Below, piece by piece: positions 36,607 to 48,361 of a DNA stretch of 64,000 nt (its first letter is position 1; each line of letters begins with the position of its first letter). Made by a program: the position numbers and the translations under genes. This DNA is from Anthoceros angustus. Its lineage: Eukaryota; Plantae; Anthocerotophyta. The notes beneath the pieces were generated by a model. That model was not told where the DNA came from. It searched no databases and worked only from the letters and a program-made list of their open reading frames with translations. The stretch lies in assembly GCA_010909165.1 (NCBI GenBank), contig MU008151.1:682001-746000 (forward strand), given 5' to 3'.

Positions 36607-38709
36607 GATTATGTCACTTCATTCTTGTCCTATTCCGCCATGTCAGACAAGCTTATTTAGAGCTTTGGCAGTTTTGTTTAACCTATGTCCGATATCGAAA
36701 GGCACAGTGTATGTCCATTGCAGGAAAAGGAAAGGCAGAAGGGATTCAAGTGCTGGAAGCGGCCATAAAAGAGATCCAAATGGAGCAATTACTACCACAA
36801 GTGTCAAGGCAAAGTTGACAATGCCTGATGAGTGTTATTCTTAGTTTGGTAGTTGGTAGCATGATGATTTTGGTCGCAACTTTATAGTCTCAAATGCAAC
36901 ATATTGTGTCAAGCTAAGCATGAAAGACTAAACAGAGAATTTTGGAAGATCCTCGAAACCATGCAACCTGAGTCATGCTTCCCTTCCGTCTGTGAGCTTC
37001 CCTTTGTTTCTCAACACAGGTGAAAGGTCGAGCTATTTGATCCTGTCCCTGTACTCGTCTTTGTTTCACAGTACGAATAAAATTTGAGAAGGATGTCACG
37101 ATATAGTTGTGAATTATTACTATGAGGGTGTTAACGTGATACCTTGTTTCAGCTTGAACTGCACAATTGTGTCAGCAAAGGGTGCTCTTTTTTCGGTTCA
37201 TGTTTCTCCCAGTTTCGGTCTCGCCTTATTCCCTCTCGGTGTTGGTCTCGCCTCGTTTGCGCTTAGTTCTGACTATTGTTTTCCTCCCAATCTGGTACCT
37301 ATTCCATGTTCCACGTTCCCTTATCCCAGATATTATTCCCACCATAAGCTGACTAGCTAATTCTTTACTACCAAGCTAATAGCTTCCTCCATGAAACGTG
37401 GCCCCTTGGACACGCATATTTTCAAATACAACCATGCGTCCCATTGTTCGAAATCAAAGATTGTGCTATGTGAACGGGAGCAAAAACGAGCCAATAGGAT
37501 GCTCTCTCACCTAAATTCAAACATATGCTGATTATAGCCAAGGTCTGTGGGAATAGGAGATGATAGATGCGATTTGGAATTGTGTGGAGGATCTTGCTCC
37601 TATCAACTGTAGTGGATGACCTTGAGGGGCATAGCAAATGTATATATCATTCAGGTTGTTAAGTCAAAGCTATGCAGAAGGTTGTTTAGTGGTCCATCTC
37701 TACTAGCATCTCTTATGTATTGAGGCTAGCCCTTCAAAGTCTCGTGCTACTCATCACTTTGTATGTGTATCAGCTAGGAAAGTCTTGATTTCCAATTTGC
37801 TTGTGCAAGCCATTGTGCACATTGAGTTGTCCCGTCAGTGTGCACGTCTCAGTACTCAAGGTCAAGCAGCAGAGCATCAGCGCTGTGTCTTTCCTTGTCC
37901 TACACAACAACATTGTAGACAACATTGGCAACATTGTGCACCATCAGTATGCCGATATGAGTGCAGGTGTAGAAGGTACAACAACATATCAGTAGTCTCC
38001 TGGAAGAACGTGTGGCCTAACCCTTGGATTATATTGTGGTTCAAACTTCGTGTATTTTAGATCACAATTCCTCATTCCTCTAACCTTCCTGTTTTATTTT
38101 CATATCATACTATCGTACTAGATGTAGCGAGACGTAGCTTAACGAGTTAATGTTTTTCAAGCAAACCATTATAAACAAATAAATCTATTTTTAGTCTATT
38201 TTTTTGAAGTAATATATTATAGTTAGGTATCATTTGTTAATCTAGACATGCCTAGTTGCGTACACATAGGGTTTGGCCTATTATTTAAGTATGTAGGTTT
38301 TTGTAGACAAATTTCATATTTTCTAAGTTCTCTAATCACAAGATTGTGTTTACAACCAATGTGGAATTTATATCTATAGAAATGTTGAAGATGTTGAATC
38401 TACCAAAAATTAAAGTCCTAAAGTTTAACTACAAACTCATTCAAAGTTTCTATCGTAAACTCTATATAGTTATCCTATTTCTTTCCGTCTCGTGATCATC
38501 ATTCATCTTTGATCGCGTTTAATTAATTAATTAATTTTTTTATACATCCATGCCCATGCACAAGAATAGCTACCTATATAGCAAAGTTGTTCCATGAAAC
38601 GAAGTTCCTCATACTACCTATGATATTTGATTGAGTTACGTAATCCTTTTCAATCTATTTGATGTATTTAGAGCCCTTTACAAACAACTCGTCCCCTGTG
38701 TCCTCTCCA

Positions 38710-38842
38710 AATCCTGCAAATGCCGAAGTTAGGTTGCAACACACCACGTTTTAGTTGCTCCCGTCAGAGCGGCTGATACACTTCTTTCTCAATTCCCCTC
38801 CGCATACACAGTTCGCAAACCCATGCCACTCCTCGTCCTCCC
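38710..38842 (-). pseudogene. ROCO last-codons/3'UTR fragment
   Basis: 'GGRGVAWVCELCMRRGIEKEVYQPL*' homologous to 21900-22020. Confidence 0.8.
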
Positions 38843-39372
38843 TCAGTTGCCCTAATCTTCCTCAGCTTCCCGCAACAAAATATGGCGGGGCAAGTCAGAT
38901 CCTGCGTTCCAGCAGCGGCGGCGACTCTTCTCCGCCTCCTCGCCGCACCATAGCCTCTGATTCGGCGGACCGGACCAATGGTACGCCCATGATTGGGAGG
39001 GATATGCATGGGCCAAACCATCCAAGCTGCTCCATGTGGATGTCCCGACGCCCCGATACGCGCGCATCGATTTAACGGCAACCCGGTGCCGCCGAGGGAA
39101 TGCATTATCGTCCACGACACCGCGATGGCAATCGGCAATGTGGACGGATTGCTACCGCCATGCGCCGCGAGATGGCAACTGGTGAGTTACAATGATCGGG
39201 CCAACCCGATCCGCCAAATCAGACATACCGCCATGCCGCGAGATGGCAACCTGGTGAGTTACAATGACTGGGCCAACCCGATCTGGGCCAACCGTATCTG
39301 ATTCCGTGTAGTTGGAGATAGAGATTATTTGTACAGTTTATAACACTTGTACATTCGAAAAGTAGGCATCCA

Positions 39373-39456
39373 GTCAGGATGACCGAATGGTCTAAGGCGC
39401 CAGACTCAAGTTCTGGTCTTCGAAAGGGGGCGTGGGTTCAAATCCCACTTTTGACA
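39373..39456 (+). tRNA. tRNA-Leu(CAA), a few substitutions from the plant consensus; possibly a pseudogene
   Basis: GTCAGGATGACCGAATGGTCTAAGGCGCCAGACTCAAGTTCTGGTCTTCGAAAGGGGGCGTGGGTTCAAATCCCACTTTTGACA: CAA anticodon, long variable arm, B-box. No oligo-T terminator directly downstream. Confidence 0.85.
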
Positions 39457-39460
39457 CTGT

Positions 39461-41893
39461 CAATTAATCATAGTGAGATCACTGTTTCTCATTTCTCTTC
39501 AGAAGGTTTGTGGGCTCATTTTGTTTCTACCTAATCTCACCGGTTCTAAGGGTGGTGAGATCACTGTTTCTCATTGTGGGCTCATTTTGTTTCTACCTAA
39601 TCTCACCGGTTCTAAGGGTGGTGAGATCACTGTTTCTCATTTCTCTTCAGAAGGTTTGTGGGCTCAGTTTGTTTCTACCTAATGTCACCGGTTCTAAGGG
39701 TGATGCTTTGTGGTCCCAATGACTCCTAATGCCACCGGTACTAGGGGTGGTGCTTTGTGGTCTAAATGGCTGTTAATTGCCGCTAAGGGGTGGTGCTTAT
39801 TGGTCTAAATGGTGGCTGTTCATTGCGCTAAGGGTGGTCCTTTCTAGTCGAAATGGTTGTTAAATGGACTTACATTTATAAGAACACCACTGGCCCTTTG
39901 TGGTCGAAATGGTTGTTAAATGAACTCACATTTATAAGAACACCACTATCAAGCATCGTGCGTTTAGATCAAGGGACACACATTTATATTTAGATCAATG
40001 GACACACATTTATAAGAACACCACTCTCAAGCATCTGCGTTTAGGCATTCACAAGAATATCGCTTGTGAAGCACCGCATTACTTTAGACATTTACAAAGA
40101 ACACCATTGTGGAGCATCCTACATTTAAATCAATACTTAGATGGAGTGCCTAGAGTCAGTGGATGCCTATGGTGCAAGTAGCTTAAAATTCCATCCAAGT
40201 GAACCTTAGTACATTTCTTCTTCTTTTAGGGGTTTATACCATGTACTTTTTGTGCCATTGGTATGCACTAGGTACTTTTGTTAGGTGACTCAATGGCAGA
40301 GCACGTTCAAGAGCATAGTGGCGGAGCGTAATGGTGGAGCCTTGGTGGAGGCGGAGGTGGCGGGGTGGTTGGTGAGGCTAACCGCGAGGTGTGCAGGAGC
40401 CTGTTTTGGCAGCCACAACTGAGGGGCGTGAGATGCTCACCCTCGGCGGCGTCTGGTGGAGCTGCAGCCTGTGCACTACTGTAAGGGCCCGCTTGCCTTG
40501 CCCTACCTCGGAGGCCTCAGACTTGGTGGGCGCGGCCCCTACGGCCTTGGCCCTAGGCGGGTGGGGGCAGTGTCCGTCCTGTGCTCGAGGTCATTGGGCG
40601 CCTTGCCGAGTTCCGTGCGCGGCGGTTGGCGAGCCTTGACGTCCGGCGACCATGGTGGGACCATTAATTAATCATAGTGAGATCACCTGCTTCTCATTTC
40701 TCTTGAAGGTTTGTGGGCTCATTTTGTTTCTACCTAATCTCACCGGTTCTAAGGGTGGTGAGATCACGCTTCTCATTTCTCTTAAGGTTTGTGGGCTCAT
40801 TTTGTTTCTACCTAATCTCACGGTTCTAAGGGTGGTGAGATCACTGTTTCTCATTTCTCTTCAGAAGGTTTGTGGGCTCAGTTTGTTTCTACCTAATGTC
40901 ACCGGTTCTAAGGGTGATGCTTTGTGGTCCCAATGACTCCTAATGCCACCGGTACTAGGGGTGGTGCTTTGTGGTCTAAATGGCTGTTAATTGCCGCTAA
41001 GGGGTGGTGCTTATTGGTCTAAATGGTGGCTGTTCATTGCCGCTAAGGGGTGGTCCTTTCTAGTCGAAATGGTTGTTAAATGGACTTACATTTATAAGAA
41101 CACCACTGGCCCTTTGTGGTCGAAATGGTTGTTAAATGAACTCACATTTATAAGAACACCACTATCAAGCATCGTGCGTTTAGATCAAGGGACACACATT
41201 TATATTTAGATCAATGGACACACATTTATAAGAACACCACTCTCAAGCATCCTGCGTTTACTTTAGGCATTCACAAAGAATATCGTTTGTGAAGCACCCT
41301 GCATTTACTTTAGACATTTACAAAGAACACCATTGTGGAGCATCCTACATTTAAATCAATACTTAGATGGAGTGCCTAGAGTCAGTGGATGCCTATGGTG
41401 CAAGTAGCTTAAAATTCCATCCAAGTGAACCTTAGTACATTTCTTCTTCTTTTAGGGGTTTATACCATGTACTTTTTGTGCCATTGGTATGCACTAGGTA
41501 CTTTTTGTTAGGTGACTCAATGGCAGAGCACGTTCAAGAGCATAGTGGCGGAGCGTAATGGTGGAGCGCCCGTATGGAGGGGCGGAGGTGGCGGGGTGGT
41601 TGGTGAGGCTAACCGCGAGGTGTGCAGGAGCCTGTTTTGGCAGCCACAACTGAGGGGCGTGAGATGCTCACCCTCGGCCTGGTGGAGCCGCTGCAGGCGT
41701 AAGGGCCTTGCCTTGCCTTGCCTTGCCTACTGGAGGCCTCAGACTTGGTGGGCGCGGCCCCACGGCCTTGGCCCTAGGCGGGTGGGGGCAGTGTCCGTCC
41801 TGTGCTCGAGGTCATTGGGCGCCTTGCCTTGCCGAGTTCCGTGCGCGGCGGTTGGCGAGCCTTGACGTCCGGCGACCATGGTGGGACCATTAA
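39461..41893 (+). repeat. Two tandem ~1.2 kb units (A) with minisatellite subrepeats and 5S-like modules
   Basis: 39461-40663 is repeated at 40664-41893; subrepeats GTGAGATCACTGTTTCTCAT...CCGGTTCTAAGGGTG and ACATTTATAAGAACACC. Confidence 0.9.
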
Positions 41894-44085
41894 TCGCCAA
41901 GCTCTCAAAGTTAAGAAATATAGCGAGACGCAAGCAAGCCACCACCCGGCAGCAGCTCTCAAAGTTAAGAAATATAGCGAGATGCAAGCAAGCCACCAAT
42001 TCATTTGAAACGTATGGAGCATTCGCTAAGAACTTCAATACATTTCTCAAGTCTTGCGCTAAGGCTTATCATGCGTGCAAGCATGGTGCGGGGCTGTCCC
42101 TTTCCTACTTCACGGCATTCTTTAGACAACAGGTCTCAATTGTTCTTCAATGTGCCCTCTCCACGGCGATCATCCATAAAGCGGCGACAGCATTTGATGC
42201 ATCCCCTTCATCCTCCGAAGATTGTAGGCCGTTTACTCTTCCCGCAAGCGATATTATAGGCGAAGTCGGTGACTTTTGGTACAAAGCTTAGTTGCTCTTT
42301 TTTACCTCGACCCTCAGGGTCTCCTTTGGTTGTCCTCTGTAGGCGGGACTTTCCCATCAATTTTTCCCCCTCAATAAAATCTTCTTTATGTTAGGTCTAA
42401 TTTCTAGTGTTACTTGTCCATACCAGATATTTTTTTCTTCTTGTGCCACTCGTGTACACACGTAGTTTATTTGTAGTGTTACTTGTCTTTGACTTGGTTA
42501 GTGCTGCAATGGTGCGGCAGGTTCAAGTGCCACCCACGCGAATCAAACCCCTCTAATGCACACGCCACCGGAGTAACCAAGCCCCTTCATGGAATCCACC
42601 TCCTCGACGCCCGGCGACCATGGTGGGACCATTAACCGCCCAGTTGGGCTCTCAAAGTTAAGAAATATAGCGAGACGCAAGCAAGCCACCACCCCAGTGC
42701 CTCTCAAAGTTAAGAAATATAGCGAGATGCAAGCAAGCCACCAATTCATTTGAAACGTATGGAGCATTCGCTAAGAACTTCAATACATTTCTCAAGTCTT
42801 GCGCTAAGGCTTATCATGCGCAAGCATGGTGCGGGTCGCCCTTTCCTACTTCACGATTCTTTTAGACAACAGGTCTCAATTGTTCTTCAATGTGCCCTCT
42901 CCACGGCGATCATCCATAAAGCGGCGATGATTTGATGCATCCTTCATCCTCAAGATTGTAGGCCGTTTACTCTTCCCGCAAGCGATATTATAGGCTAAGT
43001 CGGTGACTTTTGGTACAAAGCTTAGTTGTTTTTACCTCGACCCTCGTGGTCTCCTTTGGTTGTCCTCTCAGAGGCGGACTTTCCCATCAATTTTTCCCCT
43101 CAATAAAATCTTCTTTATGTTAGGTCTAATTTCTAGTGTTACTTGTCCATACCAGATATTTTTTCTTCTTGTGCCACTCGTGTACACACGTAGTTTATTT
43201 GTAGTGTTACTTGTCTTTGACTTGGTTAGTGCCGCAATGGTGCGGCAGTTCAAGTGCCACCCACGCGAATCAAACCCCTCTAATGCACACGCCACCGGAG
43301 TAACCAAGCCCCTTCATGGAATCCACCCTCCTCGACGCCCGGCGACCATGGTGGGACCATTAATCGTTGGGCTCTCAAAGTTAAGAAATATAGCGAGACG
43401 CAAGCAAGCCACCACCCGGCAGCCTCAAAGTTAAGAAATATAGCGAGATGCAAGCAAGCCACCAATTCATTTGAAACGTATGGAGCATTCGCTAAGAACT
43501 TCAATACATTTCTCAAGTCTTGCGCTAAGGCTTATCATGCGCAAGCATGGTGCGGGTCGCCCTTTCCTACTTCACGGCATTCTTTAGACAACAGGTCTCA
43601 ATTGTTCTTCAATGTGCCCTCTCCACGGCGATCATCCATAAAGCGGCGACAGCATTTGATGCATCCCCTTCATCCTCCGAAGATTGTAGGCCGTTTACTC
43701 TTCCCGCAAGCGATATTATAGGCGAAGTCGGTGACTTTTGGTACAAAGCTTAGTTGCTCTTTTTTACCTCGACCCTCAGGGTCTCCTTTGGTTGTCCTCT
43801 CAGAGGCGGGACTTTCCCATCAATTTTTCCCCTCAATAAAATCTTCTTTATGTTAGGTCTAATTTCTAGTGTTACTTGTCCATACCGATATTTTTTTCTT
43901 GTGCCACTCGTGTACACACGTAGTTTATTTGTAGTGTTACTTGTCTTTGACTTGGTTAGTGCTGCAATGGTGCGGCAGGTTCAAGTGCGTCACCTACGCC
44001 GAATCAAACCCCCTCTAATGCACACGCCACCCGCTGGAGTAACCAAGCCCCTTCATGGAATCTACCCTCCCTCGACCGCGCCCAT
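41864..44085 (+). mobile_element. Three tandem ~730-bp units (B), each holding the 3' tail of a CRE-like restriction-like-endonuclease non-LTR retrotransposon
   Basis: KVKKYSEMQASHQFI / FETYGAF / FFRQQVSIVLQCA resembles the RLE C-terminal K..KY...F.P...ET.G...Q..S..LQ motif. Stops at 42291, ~43025 and 43753, each followed by AATAAAA. Confidence 0.72.
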
Positions 44086-44527
44086 GCTGTAAAGACTTAG
44101 TATCCACGGTGCCACCCCCAGCTCCTCCTACGAGGCTGGCACTCCCTCGGCATCAACATCGGTAGTTCCATTTAACTTACTTACATTATATAGTATTTCT
44201 CATAACATTGCTCTTCTAAATATATACAAGCGTCACCAAGCTCTGTACCCTTATCTTCTTGAAAGCTAAAATATCAAGAAGTCAAATTTTTAATCGAATA
44301 TTGAATATTTTATACTTGCTTATTTTAGAGAGCCTAAAGGGTGTGACAGCACCGGAGATATACAAGACCCCAATAGGCCTTCACAACACGGCCCATTACG
44401 GGTCATACAACAAAGAATACAGTAGATCGCCAAGCACCTTTCGTGTAACATGGATTTTCACATTAGTAATATCCTGCCATCGATGATCCGTTGATAGACT
44501 CGTCTTTCCGACAGCGGTCCCTGAACG

Positions 44528-45914
44528 ATGGCCACAGTGGCAGCCGGACCCGCTGTCCAGCCAACAAATTGGTGTGTGTCCAGGGATTCTACTACGAGCT
44601 CCTGCTCATCTCAATTTGGGGACTGAACACCTGGCAAGCAAAGCCTGCAGGTGCAGCAATGTAGCCCAGCACTTCCACTTTCGAGGAAATGTGTGCGTGG
44701 GGACGGGTTTTCCAGCGATGGTCGTTGCCAGGAGCAGGAGGATTTGTGGCAACAATTTTTCTGGATCCCACCATGTGGTGGGATAACAGACGAAATAAGA
44801 AGAGCTCCCGTTCGCCTGACTTCCGGCGGAAGGTGTCCCGTGAGGTCCTGTGGTTAAACAAGTTCAAGCCAGCTTGGGTTGACGAGCAGCTCGTTTCCTT
44901 GGATATGCAGATAGGTCACGATGCCTCTCCTTGCAATTCGAGCTCTGTGGATAATCCACATGACGGATGCATACTTGGGGAACCATATCTTGCGCATGTA
45001 TGCAGGTGGAGGTAGTCTTCAGGAGGCCAGACGAGAAGAAGGGCTCCCGTTCGCCTGACTTCCGGCGGAAGGTGTCCCGTGAGGTCCTGTGGTTAAACGA
45101 CATGTTTAAGCCAGCTTGGGTTGATGAGCAGCTCGTTTCCTTGGATATGCAGATGGGTCATGGTGCCTCGCCTCCCAAGTCGAGCTCTTGGGATAAGCCT
45201 AAACCTGGCAGGCGTGCAGGATCGGGGACGGGCGTCATAACGGCTGGAACCGTGAGCATGTTATGTCAGCAGGGGAAGCTTTCTGAGGCCGTTGGAGCTC
45301 TGGAGTCTCTGGCGCAGACAGACTCTGCCATTTCTCAGTCCCTGTTTTACACTGTGCTGAAACTGTGTACAGCTAAGAAGGATTTGGTTGTGGGGCGACG
45401 AGTTCATGATCTCACTGTCAAACTTGGGTATAATACGAATGCATACTTGGGGAACCATATTTTGCGCCTGTATGCATGTGGAGGTAGGCTAGAGGAGGCG
45501 ATGGATGTGTTCACCAGGGTGAGGAAACCAGATGTCTTCATGTGGTCTTCCATAATCTCCGCGTACGCTAAGCATGGGAAGCCTAATGAGGCCGTACAGC
45601 TATACCATGAGATGCGTAGGTCAGGAGTGAAGGCGGATGCTCACGTCTTTGTAGCTGCCCTTCAGGCTTGTGCATTGGCCTCCGACTTGGAATCTGGCAG
45701 AAAAGTGCACAGTGATGTGGTGCAGAGTGGCATTCCTACCAACTTGTTTGTTGGCAACTGCCTGGTGGACATGTATGGAAAATGTGGCGAACTGAAACCC
45801 GCACGCCAGGTTTTTGACACCATGGCCGAAAAGGATGTGGTGACATGGAATGCCCTGTTAACTGGGTATGCAAAATGTGGTGAACTGAAACAGGCACGTC
45901 AGGTTTTTGACAGC
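44528..45914 (+). pseudogene. Truncated PDF-PPR paralogue of 27980-31139 with a duplicated PDF motif; no DYW
   Basis: High similarity to 27950-29050. PDF at ~44740-44900 and again (partial) at ~45027-45140. PPR homology stops at 45914, where antisense ROCO sequence begins. Confidence 0.85.
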
Positions 45915-46790
45915 ATTCCGGCCAGGGCGTCTGCCAGGCCTGCCTCCCCATCCTTCGAGATAAGGAACGTAAGGTCTGTGACGCCAGAGATGGAGGCATT
46001 CTCATCCTCATCCGCGCGGGTGAAAGCAAGTTTGAGCACAGTGCCCATGGGCCCGAGGCCGCCGGGAATGGGATCCCACTGTGCAACGCCATGATGGCGA
46101 TCCCACTTTACAACGCCATCATCCAACTCCAGTACCTGGAGCGTGGCACAGAGAGGAAGAGCATTTGCAATACACTGGGCTCCCGCCACATCCATGCCGA
46201 TGTCTTCCAGTGACAGTTGCTTGAGACGGGGAGCCGTGGCCAGAATGCGTGTGTGTGCATGGTGTTGTGCCCCTTCAGCACCTCCCACCTTGTTCCATCG
46301 TAAGTTCAACTTCTCCAGGACAGAATCCTTGTTGACGCCTTTGGCCAAGGCACCCAGTCCCGCGGCATCAAGCCCAACCGACACTGCTGAAAGCACTTCT
46401 AGGCTGCGACTGGATGCAACAAGCTGGCCCAGAGCCTCGCAAGCCGCCTGCCTTTCAAAACATCGACAGGAATCCACATCCAGATATTTCAGGAAGGGTT
46501 GGACGCCAGGCCCCCAACAGAGCCGACGCTTCATCCTCCTGAGCCAAGCCGATTTGCCACTTTCCCAAAATAGTTATGAAGGAGCCGAGACTGCGGCAGT
46601 TGGCAATGGCTGTCAACACCGCTTGCGCACTCGCCAGTGCCTTCCTCTCACCACGGATTTGCCCACTGAAGTAGCCGCCATACTCTTCTTCAATATGCAG
46701 GCTGGGTATATTGGACACGGCATTCCGGCCCAGATCTACCAGCAGCTGCTGCAGCTTAACCGGCAGCGCGCGCCAATCCTCCATGTCCGT
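45911..46790 (-). pseudogene. ROCO N-terminal LRR fragment (third paralogue type)
   Basis: 'EDWRALPVKLQQLLVDLGRNA...SLEVLSAVSVGLDAAG...LEKLNLRWNKVGG...DGEAGLADALAGML'. Confidence 0.85.
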
Positions 46791-47289
46791 GATGTTGCCA
46801 ATAACGCTTGCTAGAATGCTCGGCACATCTTCCGTTGAGAGCCCTCAATCATGGCTTCCATCAAAGCTATGATAAAGTTTGTGCCTTTCTCGACATCCCT
46901 GAAAGGTTCGTCTCCACAACTGCTTCTTCTTCTGCTGTGAGATCCTTAGGATCGTTCACCACAACATCAGTTTCAAACTTTGAAGGTCTGGAGAAGAGCT
47001 TCACGTCGCCCTCTGTCGACCGCTCCTCCAGATGTGTCTTCTTCAATATGCAGGCTGGGTATATTGGACACGGCATCACCTAGCACCTGATTTGCTGCCT
47101 TGAGTCGAGGTGACGACTGTCCTTTTCCTGACTTGGTCCATCCCTTTGCCTGCAGGGATTCCAGGAACTGAACAGAGACTGGATGGAGGAAGTCCGGTGC
47201 GAAGCCAGTCGAACCAGGCAACAAGAGATGCATGCATGAACGGCCAGTAACGACATCGTGCCCTGCTCCCTGCATTGTTACCAAGCTGC

Positions 47290-48015
47290 AGGAATGGGAT
47301 CCCCACTTTACAACGCCATGATGGCGATCCCCACTGTGCAACGCCATCATCCAACTCCAGTACCTGGAGCGTGGCACAGAGAGGAAGAGCATTTGCAATA
47401 CACTGGGCTCCCGCCACATCCATGCCGATGTCTTCCAGTGACAGTTGCTTGAGACGGGGAGCCGTGGCCAGAATGCGTGTGTGTGCATGGTGTTGTGCCC
47501 CTTCAGCACCTCCCACCTTGTTCCATCGTAAGTTCAACTTCTCCAGGACAGAATCCTTGTTGACGCCTTTGGCCAAGGCACCCAGTCCCGCGGCATCAAG
47601 CCCAACCGACACTGCTGAAAGCACTTCTAGGCTGCGACTGGATGCAACAAGCTGGCCCAGAGCCTCGCAAGCCGCCTGCCTTTCAAAACATCGACAGGAA
47701 TCCACATCCAGATATTTCAGGGAAGGGTTGGACGCCAGGCCCCCCAACAGAGCCGACGCTTCATCCTCCCGAGCCAAGCCGATTTGCCACTTTCCCAAAA
47801 TAGTTATGAAGGAGCCGAGACTGCGGCAGTTGGCAATGGCTGTCAACACCCGCTTGCGCACTCGCCAGTGCCTTCCCTCTCACCACGGATTTGCCCACTG
47901 AAGTAGCCGCCATACTCTTCTTCAATATGCAGGCTGGGTATATTGGACACGGCATTCCGGCCCAGATCTACCAGCAGCTGCTGCAGCTTAACCGGCAGCG
48001 CGCGCCAATCCTCCA
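47290..48015 (-). pseudogene. Tandem duplicate of the ROCO LRR fragment
   Basis: 46065-47045 is nearly identical to 47290-48278. Confidence 0.85.
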
Positions 48016-48361
48016 TGTCCGTGATGTTGCCAATAACGCTTGCTAGAATGCTCGGCACATCTTCCGTTGAGAGCCCTCAATCATGGCTTCCATCAAAGCT
48101 ATGATAAAGTTTGTGCCTTTCTCGACATCCCTGAAAGGTTCGTCTCCACAACTGCTTCTTCTTCTGCTGTGAGATCCTTAGGATCGTTCACCACAACATC
48201 AGTTTCAAACTTTGAAGGTCTGGAGAAGAGCTTCACGTCGCCCTCTGTCGACCGCTCCTCCAGATGTGTCTTCTTCATGCTTACAATCATTGCGGAACCG
48301 CTCCGATTGCCTGCTTCCACGCTTTCGTTACCATATAGTAGCTTCTGCACTGAAGCCCGAC

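Noticed and set aside
37422-37637. Faint ubiquitin-conjugating-enzyme-like pattern (KILH...ICLNL...QSL)
   Set aside because: Too weak and no HPN motif; not supportable.
40645-40666. CCATGGTGGGACCA-TTAA as a PBS or a TTAA-type transposon end
   Set aside because: No adjacent LTR or matching opposite TIR; its recurrence is explained by tandem duplication.
42490-42550. tRNA/SINE-like B-box (GGTTCAAGT) in B units
   Set aside because: No cloverleaf or properly spaced A-box could be built.
39461-44085. CRISPR-like or rDNA-spacer interpretation of the array
   Set aside because: Sequences between the recurring motif are themselves repeats of 0.7-1.2 kb rather than unique spacers; no cas or 18S/26S sequence; eukaryotic context.
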